Below are positions 22,919 through 35,661 of a stretch of 64,000 nt of DNA, piece by piece. Location: NCBI RefSeq assembly GCF_963506605.1, contig NC_083283.1, forward strand, positions 63,860,001 through 63,924,000. The letters run 5' to 3'. Position numbers and translations under genes: made by a program. Under the pieces are notes generated by a model that worked only from the letters and a program-made list of their open reading frames with translations, was not told the DNA's origin and did not search any database. The stretch is from Zootoca vivipara. Its lineage: Eukaryota. Every line of letters starts with the position of its first letter. Within the stretch, counting starts at the first letter, position 1.

Positions 22919-23262
22919 CATACCTGCCAAGTTGCTGTCAGAGAAATAAGGGATCGGACCGGAAATAGCAGACCGGAAATAGCGCTGCCGCTATTTTGGA
23001 ACTGGGCAGAGCATGCTCAGAAGTGACTTTTGATGCTGCTTTGCCCAGTTCCAAAATGGCCGCCGCGCCAGAAGTCGCACTGCAGCCATTTTGGAACTGG
23101 GCAGAGAAGCATCAAAAGTCGCTTCTGAGCATGCTCCGCCCAGTTCCAAAATGGCCGCCACACCAGAATAAACCGGGGGGAAACAAAAAAATCCATTTTT
23201 TCAGCTAGGAACAGCTGGAAAATGGGGATTTCCCGGGGAAAACGGGAGACTTGGCAGCTATG
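22919..23262. mobile_element. Non-autonomous DNA transposon, TIR cata(c/g)ctgccaagt, 9-bp TSD
   Basis: catacctgccaagtt...gacttggcagctatg flanked by a perfect acttagcac duplication; internal inverted hairpin units. Confidence 0.88.
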
Positions 23263-23648
23263 ACTTAGCACTGTCAGTATTTTAAAAAGTCTCTTGTTTG
23301 ACATCAACTCCCCCCCACCCCAAGCAGTGCAGTATTCAAAACCCAGAAAGAAGGTTCAGCTTTCCACCCTCACATGTCAAGTCCCATCAGATTATCTGAA
23401 AAGGTTTTTTTTTAAAGGAAATTTTAAAAGAAATTAGGCAGGCCTATTCACAGGGGAATGTTTTGTGAAGATAAAACTCTTGAACTATAAGACAAGCAAG
23501 GTTTCCTCCCATAAAAGAGCTTTGCTTTAAATGGACCTTGAAAAAGCTCAAGCTGAAACACAGCAGTAAAGGCAAATGGCATTCTGATACACTTTATGAC
23601 ATGATTAAAGTGAATGCAAACAGCCACACCATATAATAAACAAGGTTG

Positions 23649-23702
<54 letters not shown>
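23649..23702. repeat. (TTA)n microsatellite
   Basis: Direct reading. Confidence 0.98.
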
Positions 23703-24194
23703 GCCAACTCATCCACTCATGCTGGACAGGACATGTTTTTTTCTGTATCCATCTGAACATTAAGGAAGGTGCTAATGGCGACTTCAAACAATATGACTAC
23801 CATACTGATGCTTTATATATGTGTGTGTGTATATATATATACCTTGGTTTTATTATATTTTATGTTGTAAGTCGCCTTGATAAATTTTATGAAAATGCAG
23901 ATCATAACCATTCAAATAAAGACATAAATACCATGTGAAGGTTGCTTGAAACATTACACGGTTGCTCCATGCTGCTAGCTGCTTTATGAGGTGCAGCTTC
24001 TACTATGCACCTGCTGCAATAAAATATTCCAATGTGACAAGGAACCGGTGGGATTCAGCAAAATTGCGCCAACAAACAATCTTGTCTCAATAACAATAAC
24101 AATAACCAGGTTTTTTTCCAGCCATTATAAGAGAACGGGGAGGCTTCATTGTGAGTTCTGGCACCTCCTTTTCTAGAAAAATAGCACTGATTTT

Positions 24195-24202
24195 ATTTAT
24201 TT

Positions 24203-24253
<51 letters not shown>

Positions 24254-24280
24254 GCTGCCCATCGGACTGGGTTGCCCATA
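24195..24280 (-). repeat. (TTA)n microsatellite, probably the tail of an L2 3' end
   Basis: (tta)n followed by gctgcccatcggactggg, the reverse of the L2-type end at 49585-49650. Confidence 0.7.
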
Positions 24281-25391
24281 AATGACGGCACAAGCATTGC
24301 AAACACCTCTAAAAGGATATTGCCATTCTAGAGCTAAAAGAGGCTCAGAAAAGGAACTGGCCTGCAAAGCCAAAGAATTCAATACTAAGCTTGATTAATT
24401 CATAGTCCAGCTTTGCTTAAGGCAGTCTTCTATCTTCTTTAGTTAATGGTCTGGCCTATATAACCAAGCTGAATGCAGCCTTCCAGCTCACCTACTGAGG
24501 TCTCAATGAATTTGATGTTTTCGTTAAGTACCCGTAACTATAAATTTAGTGGCCTGGTAGGCCACTGTGCAGTGGGCTACATTTGACTTGGTGTGTCACA
24601 AGTTGTACAGGCTTGCAACAGGAGAAAAAGCATGGGGGCAATTGGCCACAACTAACCACACATTAGATTTGGCAATACTTCTCTATTTTTTTCTACACAG
24701 AGACAGGCACAGACACCATTCCTAATATTGCACCTGTCTTTTTTGCCGTTCCACTTCTCTGCTCATTCTTCCCTTCCCCCAAATTTGCTTCTAACTAGAT
24801 CAAAGAGGCGTTTGGAATTATTATCAGGACACCATAAAAGGCTGAAAATTAGTCACTTGGCTTAAAAGAGAAAGAAAACACACCTCATATCTGAAGGGGC
24901 ACTGTGTCCTCACAACATTTAAGGATTACAGGATGACAGAGCAGATTTGATTTACACTCTCATTGCAGTTTGCATTAAAACTAACCTGTCTTTAAGGATT
25001 ATTGGTTTTGGCACAGAAAAAAGTTAAAACAGTTAATTTCAAAAAAGCATAAAAGGAACTTGGGAGAGAGTGGGGAATATTCAAACTCACAATTGTAGCC
25101 ATATTCATAATATATATCAAACTGTAATTATAAGATCGTAAGTGATGATTTGCTGCACCCCTGGCTCCCCAACAAAGACTTATTGCAGGGGCTGTTCCTG
25201 CATATCCTAAACTGAAGCTACAGAATGGGTACTGAAGAGTCCTACTGCATTTGTGTACCAACTCCCCATTGTTGACATGCTTCATGATCTTCCATCACAG
25301 CAACCTGAGGTTTCTTTCTAACCACTGTATATCCATATCCATTCTAGGGAGAGCTTACCTCTGGATCCTCCTCCTCCCTGGAATGACAGGT

Positions 25392-25395
<4 letters not shown>

Positions 25396-25442
<47 letters not shown>
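25396..25442. repeat. (CA)n microsatellite
   Basis: Direct reading. Confidence 0.98.
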
Positions 25443-25444
<2 letters not shown>

Positions 25445-26796
25445 CTACACATGACTTGCCCCACACCTTGAGAAGCTAAGTCACAGGATTCCACTTTCAG
25501 GGAACTTAAAATAATACATACAAGTCCCAACAGGAGTATAGGTAACTGCCCCAAGTATGTTATTGTCTGAGGCAGAAAATCCAAGTGGATTGCTAAAACA
25601 TAAACTTTTTTTTTCAAGGGGGGGGGGGTGTCTGCTTTTCTTGAGAGACAATAGATTAGCAATAAATTAGCAGCACCTTGGGGCTCAAGCCTAAAGTGTG
25701 TATGGAGGTCCTGGGCTGCCCAGATGGCAAGACCTCCCTCTTGGCCTTGCTGGTGCGGTCCAAAGGAAATCAAGAGCAATATGCTTGGCACCAGCTTGTC
25801 TGCAGGAGTTTGCCAGCAGGAAGCATACAAGATGCCACCCAACAAACTAAACAACGGACAATTCGGGGCTTCTCCATCCGAACTGCAACCTCCCCTTCTC
25901 ACCTCTCTTCCCTACGAAGTAAATTAGGCTTGAGGAAAAAGTCTCCTACTGGAGCCAGTAAGAGTTCTCTCCCCCCCCCCAGCCCTATCGCTGCACAGAA
26001 CGGGGGTTGATCTACATTGGCGCATTGTGTATACTGTGCTTTCTGCGCTTATGTGTGCAGTATGTGAATATGCATGCTTAAATGTGAGTATATGGTATAA
26101 GGGTTTGCGTTGTGAGTGCAACAGAGAGTTTGGGGTGACCGTGTCCAGCTCTAGGCCTGCTCCCTTTGGACACAAGCACTTTTGTTGCGGCCCTCAGCAC
26201 CTCGGCAGTGGGAAATGTGGCCCTTGGGATGAAAACATTTGCCCATCCCTGCCTTTAATGACAGATTCTGAAGTGAGATGGGCCACTTCAAGCTCCTTAA
26301 CAACAGCCCCAACCCTTTCAGGCTGAGCACCTGCTGTGCTATCTGTGAAGACGAAAGAGAATGCCTATACATGAAATCATACACCATAATAAATGCCCTT
26401 TTCATTCAGGCACTGCCTGTTAAGCACTAAAGCGCCAAGCCAGGTGCAGAGAAAGGCTCCCTTGCTACGCTCGGGGACAGTTGTTTTCTCATTGCATATG
26501 CTCACTGAGAATCATAATGCGCTCAGAGAGGTGAAAAACATAACTTCATTTTTTTTTTCACAGAGCAAAAGGTTCGCTGTGCCACATGCTCAAATGGTCC
26601 AAGATCTTCTGTGGCATTTTCCAAAGTACTGCTCAGGAAATATGCCTGGTGTTACTGTTGTGATTTATTCAGTGCTTTTAGCAGGCAATGGTCTGGTGAA
26701 AAGTGATCAAACAAGGGACATGGGGGGACCAAGCTCCCACAACTGTGGCCATTTCTCTTGCCCTTCTTCCTGTCCCCACACTCTAACGTCCTATGG

Positions 26797-26928
26797 TAAG
26801 CTTTGCAAACCTTGTACTCTCAGGATGTTTTAGACTACAACTTCCATCAGCCGCAGCCAGCTCAGTTGTACTGGCTGGAATTCATGGCAGTAGTTGTCCA
26901 AAACTTCTGGAGAGCACTGGGTTGGTGA
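26797..26928. mobile_element. Older palindromic hAT MITE
   Basis: gatgttttagactacaacttccatcag...gtagttgtccaaaac core shared with other hAT MITEs here. Confidence 0.6.
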
Positions 26929-26936
26929 GCCTATGG

Positions 26937-27077
26937 CAGCCTTTCTCAGCCTTGGGTCCCCAGATTTTGTTGGACTAAACTCCCATCATCCTTGACCACT
27001 AGGTCAAGGACCACTAGCTAGGGATGATGGGAGTTGTATTCCAGAAACATCTGGGAACCCAAGGTTGAGAAAGGCTG
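26937..27077. mobile_element. Palindromic hAT MITE
   Basis: cagcctttctcagccttggg...cccaaggttgagaaaggctg; TSD gcctatgg/ccgtatgg. Confidence 0.82.
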
Positions 27078-27097
27078 CCGTATGGTATAAGTCTCTT

Positions 27098-27539
27098 AAG
27101 GGATGTATGAATCTGCCAATTTCAATTTTGCTCAGTTTCTCATTTTACCAAACTTAAGTTCAATTTTCCACATTTCCAGAGCAGCCTACATATAATACAT
27201 AAATCCTCAGGAAAATTCATTAGCAGTATCATGCAAACTTCTCTTAATATACACATTTTTGCATGCAGTTTTGACTAATATACACTGTTTTGCAAGCAAT
27301 TTCCTCTAAAATATTCTATTCTCATATGTTGCTTTCACTAATGTATGCATTTTCAAGCATGCTTTCAACAAATATACACATTTTTGTACACATTTTCTGG
27401 TTGGACAACTGAACTGCAAAATTCAGAGAAATGCTAATTTCAGATAGCTGTGTTTCAGCTTGTGTATTGGTTTGAAAAGTATGCACTAGATAGTTTCTCA
27501 TTACAATGCAAACAAAAATGAATTTATCCCCCATCCCTA
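27098..27539. mobile_element. Degenerate hAT-Ac-type non-autonomous element
   Basis: Termini (t/a)agggatg...catcccta; AT-rich interior; partial TSD. Confidence 0.55.
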
Positions 27540-27714
27540 TCCCTCTTGCAGCAGATAATTACATGGGTATGAGAGTTTAGAAGCACTGTGTGCGGAATAC
27601 TAAATCAGGGGAAACACTTTGTAAATAGACATTAAATAGTACTCTCCAAAGGGATCCAAAGTCAGCTATTGTTAAAAGAGGACTTCTGAAACTCACAGTG
27701 GTAACTGTGAGAGG

Positions 27715-28469
27715 GAAAGAAATGTAAAGTACTATACTTGGGCAAAACAAATGAAAGGCACAAATACAGGATGGGAGACACCTGGCTTGAGAGCAGTACA
27801 AGTGAAAAGGATCTAGGAGTCTTGGTAGACCACAAACTAGACATGAGTAAACAGTGTGATGCAGCAGCTAAAAAAGCCAATGCAATTCTGGGCTGCATCA
27901 ATAGGAGTATAGCATCTAGATCAAGGGAAGTAATAGTACCACAGTATTCTGGTCTGGTCAGACCTCACCTGGAGTACTGTGTCCAGTTCTGGGCACCACA
28001 GTTCAAGAAGGATACTGACAAGCTGGAACGTGTCCAGAAGAGGGCAACCAAAATGGTCAAAGGCCTGGAAACGATGCCTTATGAGGAACAGTTTAGGGAG
28101 CTGGGTATGTTTAGCCTGGAGAAGAGAAGGTTAAGGGGTGATATGATAGCCATGTTCAAATATATCAAAGGATGTCATATAGAAGAGGAAGAAAGGTTGT
28201 TTTCTGCTGCTCCAGAGAAGCGGACATGGAGCAATAGATTCAAACTACAAGAAAGAAGATTCCACCTAAACATTAGGAAGAACTTCCTGACAGTAAGAGC
28301 TGTTCGGCAGTGGAATTTGCTACCAAGAAGTGTGGTGGAGTCTCCTTCTTTGGAGGTCTTTAAGCAAAGGCTTGACAGGCATATGTCAAGAATGCTTTGA
28401 TGGTGTTTCCTGCTTGGCAGGGGGTTGGACTGGATGGCCCTTGTGGTCTCTTCCAACTCTATGATTCTA
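27715..28469 (+). mobile_element. Young 5'-truncated CR1 LINE (ORF2 C-terminus intact)
   Basis: Uninterrupted 220-aa [35 protein letters not shown]; CR1 3'UTR ending ccaactctatgattcta. Confidence 0.96.
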
Positions 28470-31400
28470 CTTCTGGCCCCATTATAAATTTTAGACCTCA
28501 GTAATTCTTCTCCCTCCCTGCTTCCATTCCTTCCTCCAACATGCAATGCACAGAGCTTTTCTATTACAACATCTTCTGTCTCTCTGAAGAGGCTGCTCAG
28601 AAGCTTCATCAACAATAAGTTTATTTTACAGGCACCCACTTGAAGACCCACAGTTCTTCCTGAACATATAAAGGGAGACACCCCGAATGGTGTCTGGGGA
28701 GAAAGAAGTGGGCGAATAATGCTGTTGTCAGTCACTCATCTGTTATGTGATTAAAGGATGTTCTTTTCAAGAATTATAGGCATTTACCCGAATCATGCTC
28801 CAGGCTGCACTTACAGCATCTTAGAAAGAAGCAAACTCTTATGCCCCACTGATGCCTTCTTCAGTGGAAGCCTAATGAGTTGAATTGCTGATGAGATTAT
28901 GGATCTCTGAATGCCCAGAGAGAGGGCTCGTCCTGGCACAACATCCAGAGAAATATATTTGAGAACTCCTATTGAACACCGCTCTTAGTGCATGCCCAGA
29001 TGGCATCTGCTTGCACTCTCAAGTCTGGCATTGTGGCAACCAACCATAAGTGTGGAAGAATCTGAAAGGTAAAGCTTTACAGGACATTGCCTTGATCACT
29101 GTAGGAAGATACTTTACATCCACCTCTCCAACATGCATGGCATTATGATGTGACATTAACGAATCAATTGTGTGGGTGTTGTTGTTTTTAAATAATGATT
29201 TTACAAACTGCTTTACACTATCTAAAACACCAATATTCTAGATGCAGGTTACATGGACTAATCGTCTAGAAATGTGTTTCATAAAGGCATTCCCCAGTTC
29301 CTGTTTATATGATCAAGAGTCTAAGGTACTGGAAGAACATTCTGTTGTTTAATAGGATTTTTTTTTCTTGGTAAGTCCTCAGGGGCTTCTCAGGGGTAGT
29401 TACAATCTATCAGCTAAATATGAATTTTTGTATACGCCGCAATAGTAAAACAGAATATTAACCCAATTGATCATTACAATAACTATAACAGTCAATCACC
29501 TCAATGTGTGCTTAGCCAAGTGGTTTCGTTGTTACCTTTGCCTGTTGTTTTAAAGATGGCGATTTAACACTGCAGATTAAAATTTTCCAACCGGGGGCAT
29601 CCATTACTCATGAACAGGGGCTGACCTCAAAAGTACATCTAACTGCAAATGTAACACCAGGCCAGTTATTATATGTTTATGGTGGTGATTTAGGGCTAGA
29701 TTTATAGGAATAACAGGGTAGCCTTTGCTCAGATTTAAGCTCCAAGTCACAACCGGCTTTACCATCCTCAAACTTTCTGAAGCTCATTCATTTCCACCGC
29801 CAGCCCCCAGTAATCTCAGCTTACATTTTATGAGGGCAAAAGTACACATTATTGCAGCAAATACAGATCCCCGAAGCCCCCATTGCTCGGGCAATGGCAA
29901 TTTTGGGGCAGTGGGGCACTCTCATAGAAAAAATGACAGAAGCGAAGAAGTTGCTTAAAGCATTCCTCCGCCCACCAGTTATCTTCTGCAAAGTCCGCCC
30001 CTCCACCACTATCCCTGGTTTATTTCTGGCCTCTGAGCTTTAGCTGGGGAAACAACAGTTGGGGGAAGAGGATGTGGGAAAGAACTGTCAGGCAGAGGAA
30101 ATGTTAAATATTCCCTCCTGGGTGTTGGTTTCCCTTTGCAAATGCTCGCCACCCCATTAAGCTTGCAAGGCAAGCACGAGTTTGGGGATCTCATGATCCC
30201 CTCCTTAAAGCTCATTTTGGCTGGTTGCATGCTAGTATGCCGGGTCCTGATATGTACTACTACTGCAGGCAACGGTCTCCTTAGTCCAGAAAGACCAGCT
30301 GGAAAAAGATACACACACACACACACACTGTCCACCAGGGACAGCTTTTTGATGAAAGGATATAGCTCTCCCTTGTGCTGCGTGAATGCCAGTGACAACA
30401 TTCACGTTCACCTGTTCTTTCTTCCCCTAAAGGTAATTGCAGGACATGCATCCTTGGATGCAGGGATCACCCTGGGAATTAGGGTATTTAACAAATCATA
30501 CACTAAACAGCTGACTCCTGAGGATGCTTGAACAAAACGGGCAGAGCACAGCTGTCACCCGTCATACGCCTCTTCAAACACTATCCTTCATTACAAGCAC
30601 ATTTGGACCTTCTCCTATCAAGCGCCAAGCAAAGAGCATCGCATTTACCTGGAAAGAGATCGCTTGAGCTCCCATCCCCTCAGAACCACTCATTTGTGAT
30701 TATCTGTGCTGTACGACACGAGAACGTTAAGAAAAGCCCTGGTGGGTGAGGCCAAAGGATGTTTCAGTTGAACATCCTCTTCTCGCAGAGGCCAACCGGA
30801 TGCCCATGAGCATCTCACAAGGAGAGCCTGAGCACAGCGTCTCACAGAAGTGAGGGAGTGGAGGCAGAAGTAGGAAAGGATGACCTTGATCCCGAGTTTT
30901 ACAAGACACTGTCTAATCGTCACGAGGCGGAAGAAGAAGTGCAGCAGCAGCCAACCTCCTTGCCTCCTGACGCCAAAAACCTCATGTAAATGGTTAAGTG
31001 GAAGCAAAAATACTAGTAGATCACCTGGCTCAAGAAGTTTCATTTCAGAATAAGACAACAAAACTCCATGTTTGCTGCATAAGTGCCTGTTACAGCTCTT
31101 GTCTGTCCTTTCTCCCACTTCTCCAGTCAGTCAGTCAGTCAGTCTTCTTGTCCTTAGTCCCCTGTGATGTTTTCCCACATTTTTTCTCTCATTAGTCCGT
31201 CTTTCCCTCAACTTCCTGAATACCGATGCCTTTTACTACTGTATATACTGATGTCTGTTACCAGTTAATGTGAACAAGCGGTACTATTAATAGAGATGTC
31301 TAGGCTACTTTTCATTCCAACCCCTCAGGAAGGCCTTTAAGAACAGAACAAAATGCACCGGGCAAATTCTAAGGCAGAAGGGAAAAAATCCACGTTTTTT

Positions 31401-31646
31401 CAGCATCTTAGGACATCATCTCCTCTGTTTGTGGGTTCATTATAGATGCTTACTAGTTTTTTTCATTTTAAAAAATTCATTTTAAAGTGAATTTAATGTT
31501 GTATTTTAAAATTATTGCAACCCAGCCTGGGACCTTATGGTGTAGGGTGGGTAAGAAATTGAAATAATAATAGTAGCAACAAGTGTTAATCATTAATTAA
31601 TTACTACTAATGATGATGATGGGTTACCTTTGCCTTCAGAAATATT

Positions 31647-31647
<1 letters not shown>

Positions 31648-31711
<64 letters not shown>
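31648..31711. repeat. (CAA)n microsatellite
   Basis: Direct reading. Confidence 0.98.
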
Positions 31712-31712
<1 letters not shown>

Positions 31713-32214
31713 GGAGGCCTCCTTTGCCTTAGCTACCTAGTTTTCTTGACCTCTTTTCACAGATTTCTACCCCTGACCCACCCTCTCTTGATCGTACTAC
31801 CCTCAGGCCTGTGTAAGGGGTGTTTCCTTTGTCAAGTGGATATTTAAATACCCACATAAAATGCAGCAAGCTCCTGATTTGAGCTCCATTCCCCGAGAAG
31901 CTAGGATATTAAACAACATTCCAGGGCATCAAAGGAGTTCTACTATCATTGTCTACAACGTACACTAGTATAATCTCCTGCCCACTTCAAAACTGGGCAG
32001 ATTGCCTGTTTCATTTGAACTTGAAATGAAGGAATTATGCCCCAAATGTACACAACAACTTTTATTTTCTTTAGTTTTCAAGGGAAATAATCCAATTTCT
32101 TACACTGCTCGAAAATAAGTGGCTGGGCCCATATTTGAACTTGAAACACATGAATATTTCCTGTGTTGCAAGTTTCATGGCTCCACTGTAAAGCTTAAGA
32201 GAGATATTGCACTA

Positions 32215-32631
32215 CAGTGGAACCTCGGTTTATGAACACCTCGGTTTATGAATTTTCGGTTTATGAACGCCGCGGACCCATCTGGAACGGATTAATTCAC
32301 TTTCCATTACTTTTAATGGGAAAGTTCGCTTCAGTTTATGAACGCTTCAGTTTATGAACAGACTTCCGGAACCAATTACACCCATGTTTCAGTTTATGAA
32401 CGCTTCAGTTTAAGTACTCCGCGGACCCGACTGGAACGGATTAATCCACTTTCCATTACTTTCAATGGGAAAGTTCGCTTCAGTTTATGAACGGTTATTC
32501 CGCGGACCGTCTGGAACGGATTAATCCACTTTCCATTACTTTCAATGGGAAAGTTCGCTTCAGTTTATGAACGCTTCAGTTTATGAACAGACTTCCGGAA
32601 CCAATTGTGTTCATAAACCGAGGTACCACTG
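32215..32631 (-). mobile_element. Tigger/pogo-like MITE with three internal tandem modules
   Basis: TA|cagtggaacctcggtttatgaac...gttcataaaccgaggtaccactg|TA; module ccgcggacc..tggaacggattaat..ttccattactttcaatgggaaagttcgcttcagtttatgaac x3. Confidence 0.92.
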
Positions 32632-34522
32632 TATAAGCAAACAGAAAACGTCAGTTGTGTAAAACCAAAGGCCTCCCCTTCGCTCCAAGCTTGGCCAATA
32701 AGATTTACTTTTATTTGAGCAAAGATGAGAATGATCTTGTGTATGAAAGGATACAGCTCATTAATAGAAAATCTCTATTCTCTGATGTCAAGCCTTCCCT
32801 GCTCTTTTGCTGGTGTTTTGTGTGTGAAGCTATTCCCATGACTTTGCTAGGTCAGCAGTTAAACGTAATACCAAAGAATCCTTTTGAAAATTGCTGTGTG
32901 CTTAGAGTGAGGAACAACAAGGTGCTGAAGGTGAAACTGATTAGGTTTTCATTTGTGTAATTCTAGTAGCAATGCTTCTTCATGATCTTGTATATTTTGA
33001 AAGGTAAAATTCAAGCAAGACATGTTTTTTTATTTAAAAAAAACCCCTCCAAAAACCACCCACCTCCCAAAACCACACTATTTGTAGCCATGATCTTTTA
33101 AAAAAAGAAAATTAAGCAGTGCAATGTGAGAGAAATTTGGGTAGGAGAAACTGTCTCATCTAGGAGTAATAAAATGAAAGGATCTCATAGAAAACAGCTC
33201 TTAGAAGACATAAAAATAATAAAGCTATGAATGGATGGGATTCCATTTAGAAGACAATATTAGCCAACATTTCCCACCCCTCCTCCCAAAATACCTGAAT
33301 TCAAGGATGAGACTGAGATCATTACATCCCAAGACTCGTAGCATACCCAAGGATTTTAAAATTCTGACATATCTAACTAAATAACAAGTGCTATTAACTT
33401 TTCTTTCCCCAGTATTAATATTTGCTTTAGACAGTTACAAATGAGCAACTCTGCTTCGAGAAAGTAAACAAGCATATCACTCAAACCCAAAAAGAGATTT
33501 CTCTGTTCACTCCCCGTGCCTTTTCTCTCTTTTTTTTATAAAAAAAGACAACAGCGATGCAGCAGAAAAGCAGCAAAATCAATTTTGTTGCTTACTGTCT
33601 CCCCTGATGCCTTTTCCAAGGTATTTTTAGTTGTTCTGATTAAAAATTTACTTCCTGCGTACCACTGACAGCACAGTTCATTTCTGGATTAGAGTTTTAT
33701 GTATTTCTTCCTAGCTCCTTCTATATCTCTCTTTACCTAACCATGCAAAAAGAAGTGTTCTTCCTGTCAGGCCTTGCAACACGAAGCCCAGTTTCCTGTA
33801 CTAGATAAAGGAAATCTCAAACATAAAGATATTCTGCTTTATTGTGTGTAACAAAAAGAGACCGAAATATGTCTCTAAGAAGGTGACACACTCTCTCCTT
33901 TGTTAGAGGCCAGATGGTCAACCTATCAGGAATGTTAAGTGTATTGGATTTCCTACATCAGCAAGAGTTTGACGACATGACCCCAGAAATCCCTTCCAAC
34001 TCTGCTTGAAAGGAGGGCTTGAGGTGAAGTTGTGATGCCATGTCACAGGAGGCACGTTTTATTCCATGTGATCATTTTTATATCTTTGAGCTACTGCGCT
34101 CACGTGAATAAATCTGGAAGATCAAGAGGCAAACGACACTTTACATACTGAGATGCATAACAAAGCTCCGATATTTTGTTTGTTTGTTTTTTAAAATGAA
34201 AAGCAGCTCTCTTGGAGTGGAAACAAGAGTCATTTCCCCATCAGTCATTTCCCCTCTGCGCAACCTAAGTTTCTCACACTCATAACACTTTAGTTCCTGA
34301 TCCTCCACTCATAAACGCCCCCCTCCCCAAGCTGCTTTTCATTATTATATTTAAGTTAAAAAATGCAAGTTTCATTACAAACTAGTACTGTAGTTCACCT
34401 CTGAGGTTCAAAGCACAGATCAGCCATGTAACCCACAGAATGGCATTACGCAATTCATTCTCTTTCATCCTATGAAATTTCACGAGGTTGTTGTAAGAGG
34501 GATAAAGGGAGGCATGGACATA

Positions 34523-34737
34523 CGGTGGTACCTCGAGGTACAAACGCCTCAGGTTACAAACTCTGCTAGCCTGGAAGAGTTACCTCGAGTTGAGAATTTT
34601 GCCCCAGGATGAGAACGAAAATCGGTACAGCAGCAGCAAGAAGCCCCATTAGCGAAAGCATGCCTCTAGCTAAGAACAGTTTCAGGTTAAGAACGGACCT
34701 CCAGAATGAATTAAGTTCGTAACTAGAGGTACCACTG
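34523..34737. mobile_element. Tigger-like MITE
   Basis: TA|cggtggtacctc...gaggtaccactg|TA. Confidence 0.82.
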
Positions 34738-35509
34738 TATTTAGAAACTGGCAGCTTGAAGCCGAGACCCCTCTGAGGAGGCTGCTTTGCAATGGCGGCA
34801 TGTGAGCCAAGCCATTCACTTGCCTGCATTGCCTCACAACCGTGAATGAGGTGGTTTTCTCCATCCTATTATGGACTTGTTTTTTGCGTTGAACTGGAGA
34901 AGACTAATTGTACATGGAAAAGCCTGCCACATGGGAAAAGGTCGCTGTGGAAAGCAATTTAAACCAGCCCCATTTGACCGTCATAAAATCTCTGTTGGCC
35001 TTCAGACCCACAGTTTACATACACAGGGTCCCCTTTCATTATAACGTTTCATAGAAGGTTCTGTTGTGCCAAACTCCAGATAATCCTTCATGGGGAAAAC
35101 TCAAGATTTCTTCCTAGTCCTGGGGCATTTTCTCTTTGCCTCTCTGCCTCGAACCTATTCTCATGCATCTTATTTTCCTTTCTTTTCCTGTCCTTGTTAC
35201 TTGAACACCTTAACGCAAGTCCATTAATCCCAATACATTTCCTGCTCAACCAATGCTAATCCCAATGACTTCTCAAGCGAATATTCTTGCTCTTTCTTAT
35301 TTTCCCCTTTCTGCTTGATCCAGCCATGCAAATACCAACTACATTTTTAATATAAAAAAATCTCCACTAAATTTACAAAATTTGCACCCAAATTTTGGCC
35401 CAGTCTTATCAAGTTTGAATGCTATATGCTTTTGGCAAGCCTGTAAATTCTTACAGGTACTTTTCATCACAAACATCAAACGGGGGGGGGGGATATATGT
35501 CCAACTTAC

Positions 35510-35661
35510 TTTGGATGTGTATATTCATCTATGAGGTGAACTTTTTCCACCACATCTCCACCAATGGTTCGAACTAAATCATAGAAATCGTTTTCGGAGT
35601 ATTTTTCAGAGGGCAGCCAGAAAGAGATATCGTTGATCACAGGAGGATATTTGCTGAGAGG
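35510..35661 (-). CDS. FARS2: FARS2 internal coding exon (equivalent to human exon 6), start of anticodon-binding domain
   Basis: Manual translation [50 protein letters not shown](K); acceptor gctttttag|CCT (phase 0, compatible with the upstream exon), donor AA|gtaagt; 152 nt. Confidence 0.97.

Noticed and set aside
25318-25902. 194-aa ORF with a CV repeat (similarly 57218-57724 with an SL repeat)
   Set aside because: Translated microsatellites and TE fragments.
27738-28400. Longest ORF (220 aa) as a host gene
   Set aside because: It is the CR1 ORF2 C-terminus with the CR1 3'UTR, 5'-truncated.
32215-32631. CRISPR-like repeat-spacer appearance
   Set aside because: Eukaryotic intron, enclosed by TIRs with TA TSD, the linkers are themselves repeats, and there are no cas genes.
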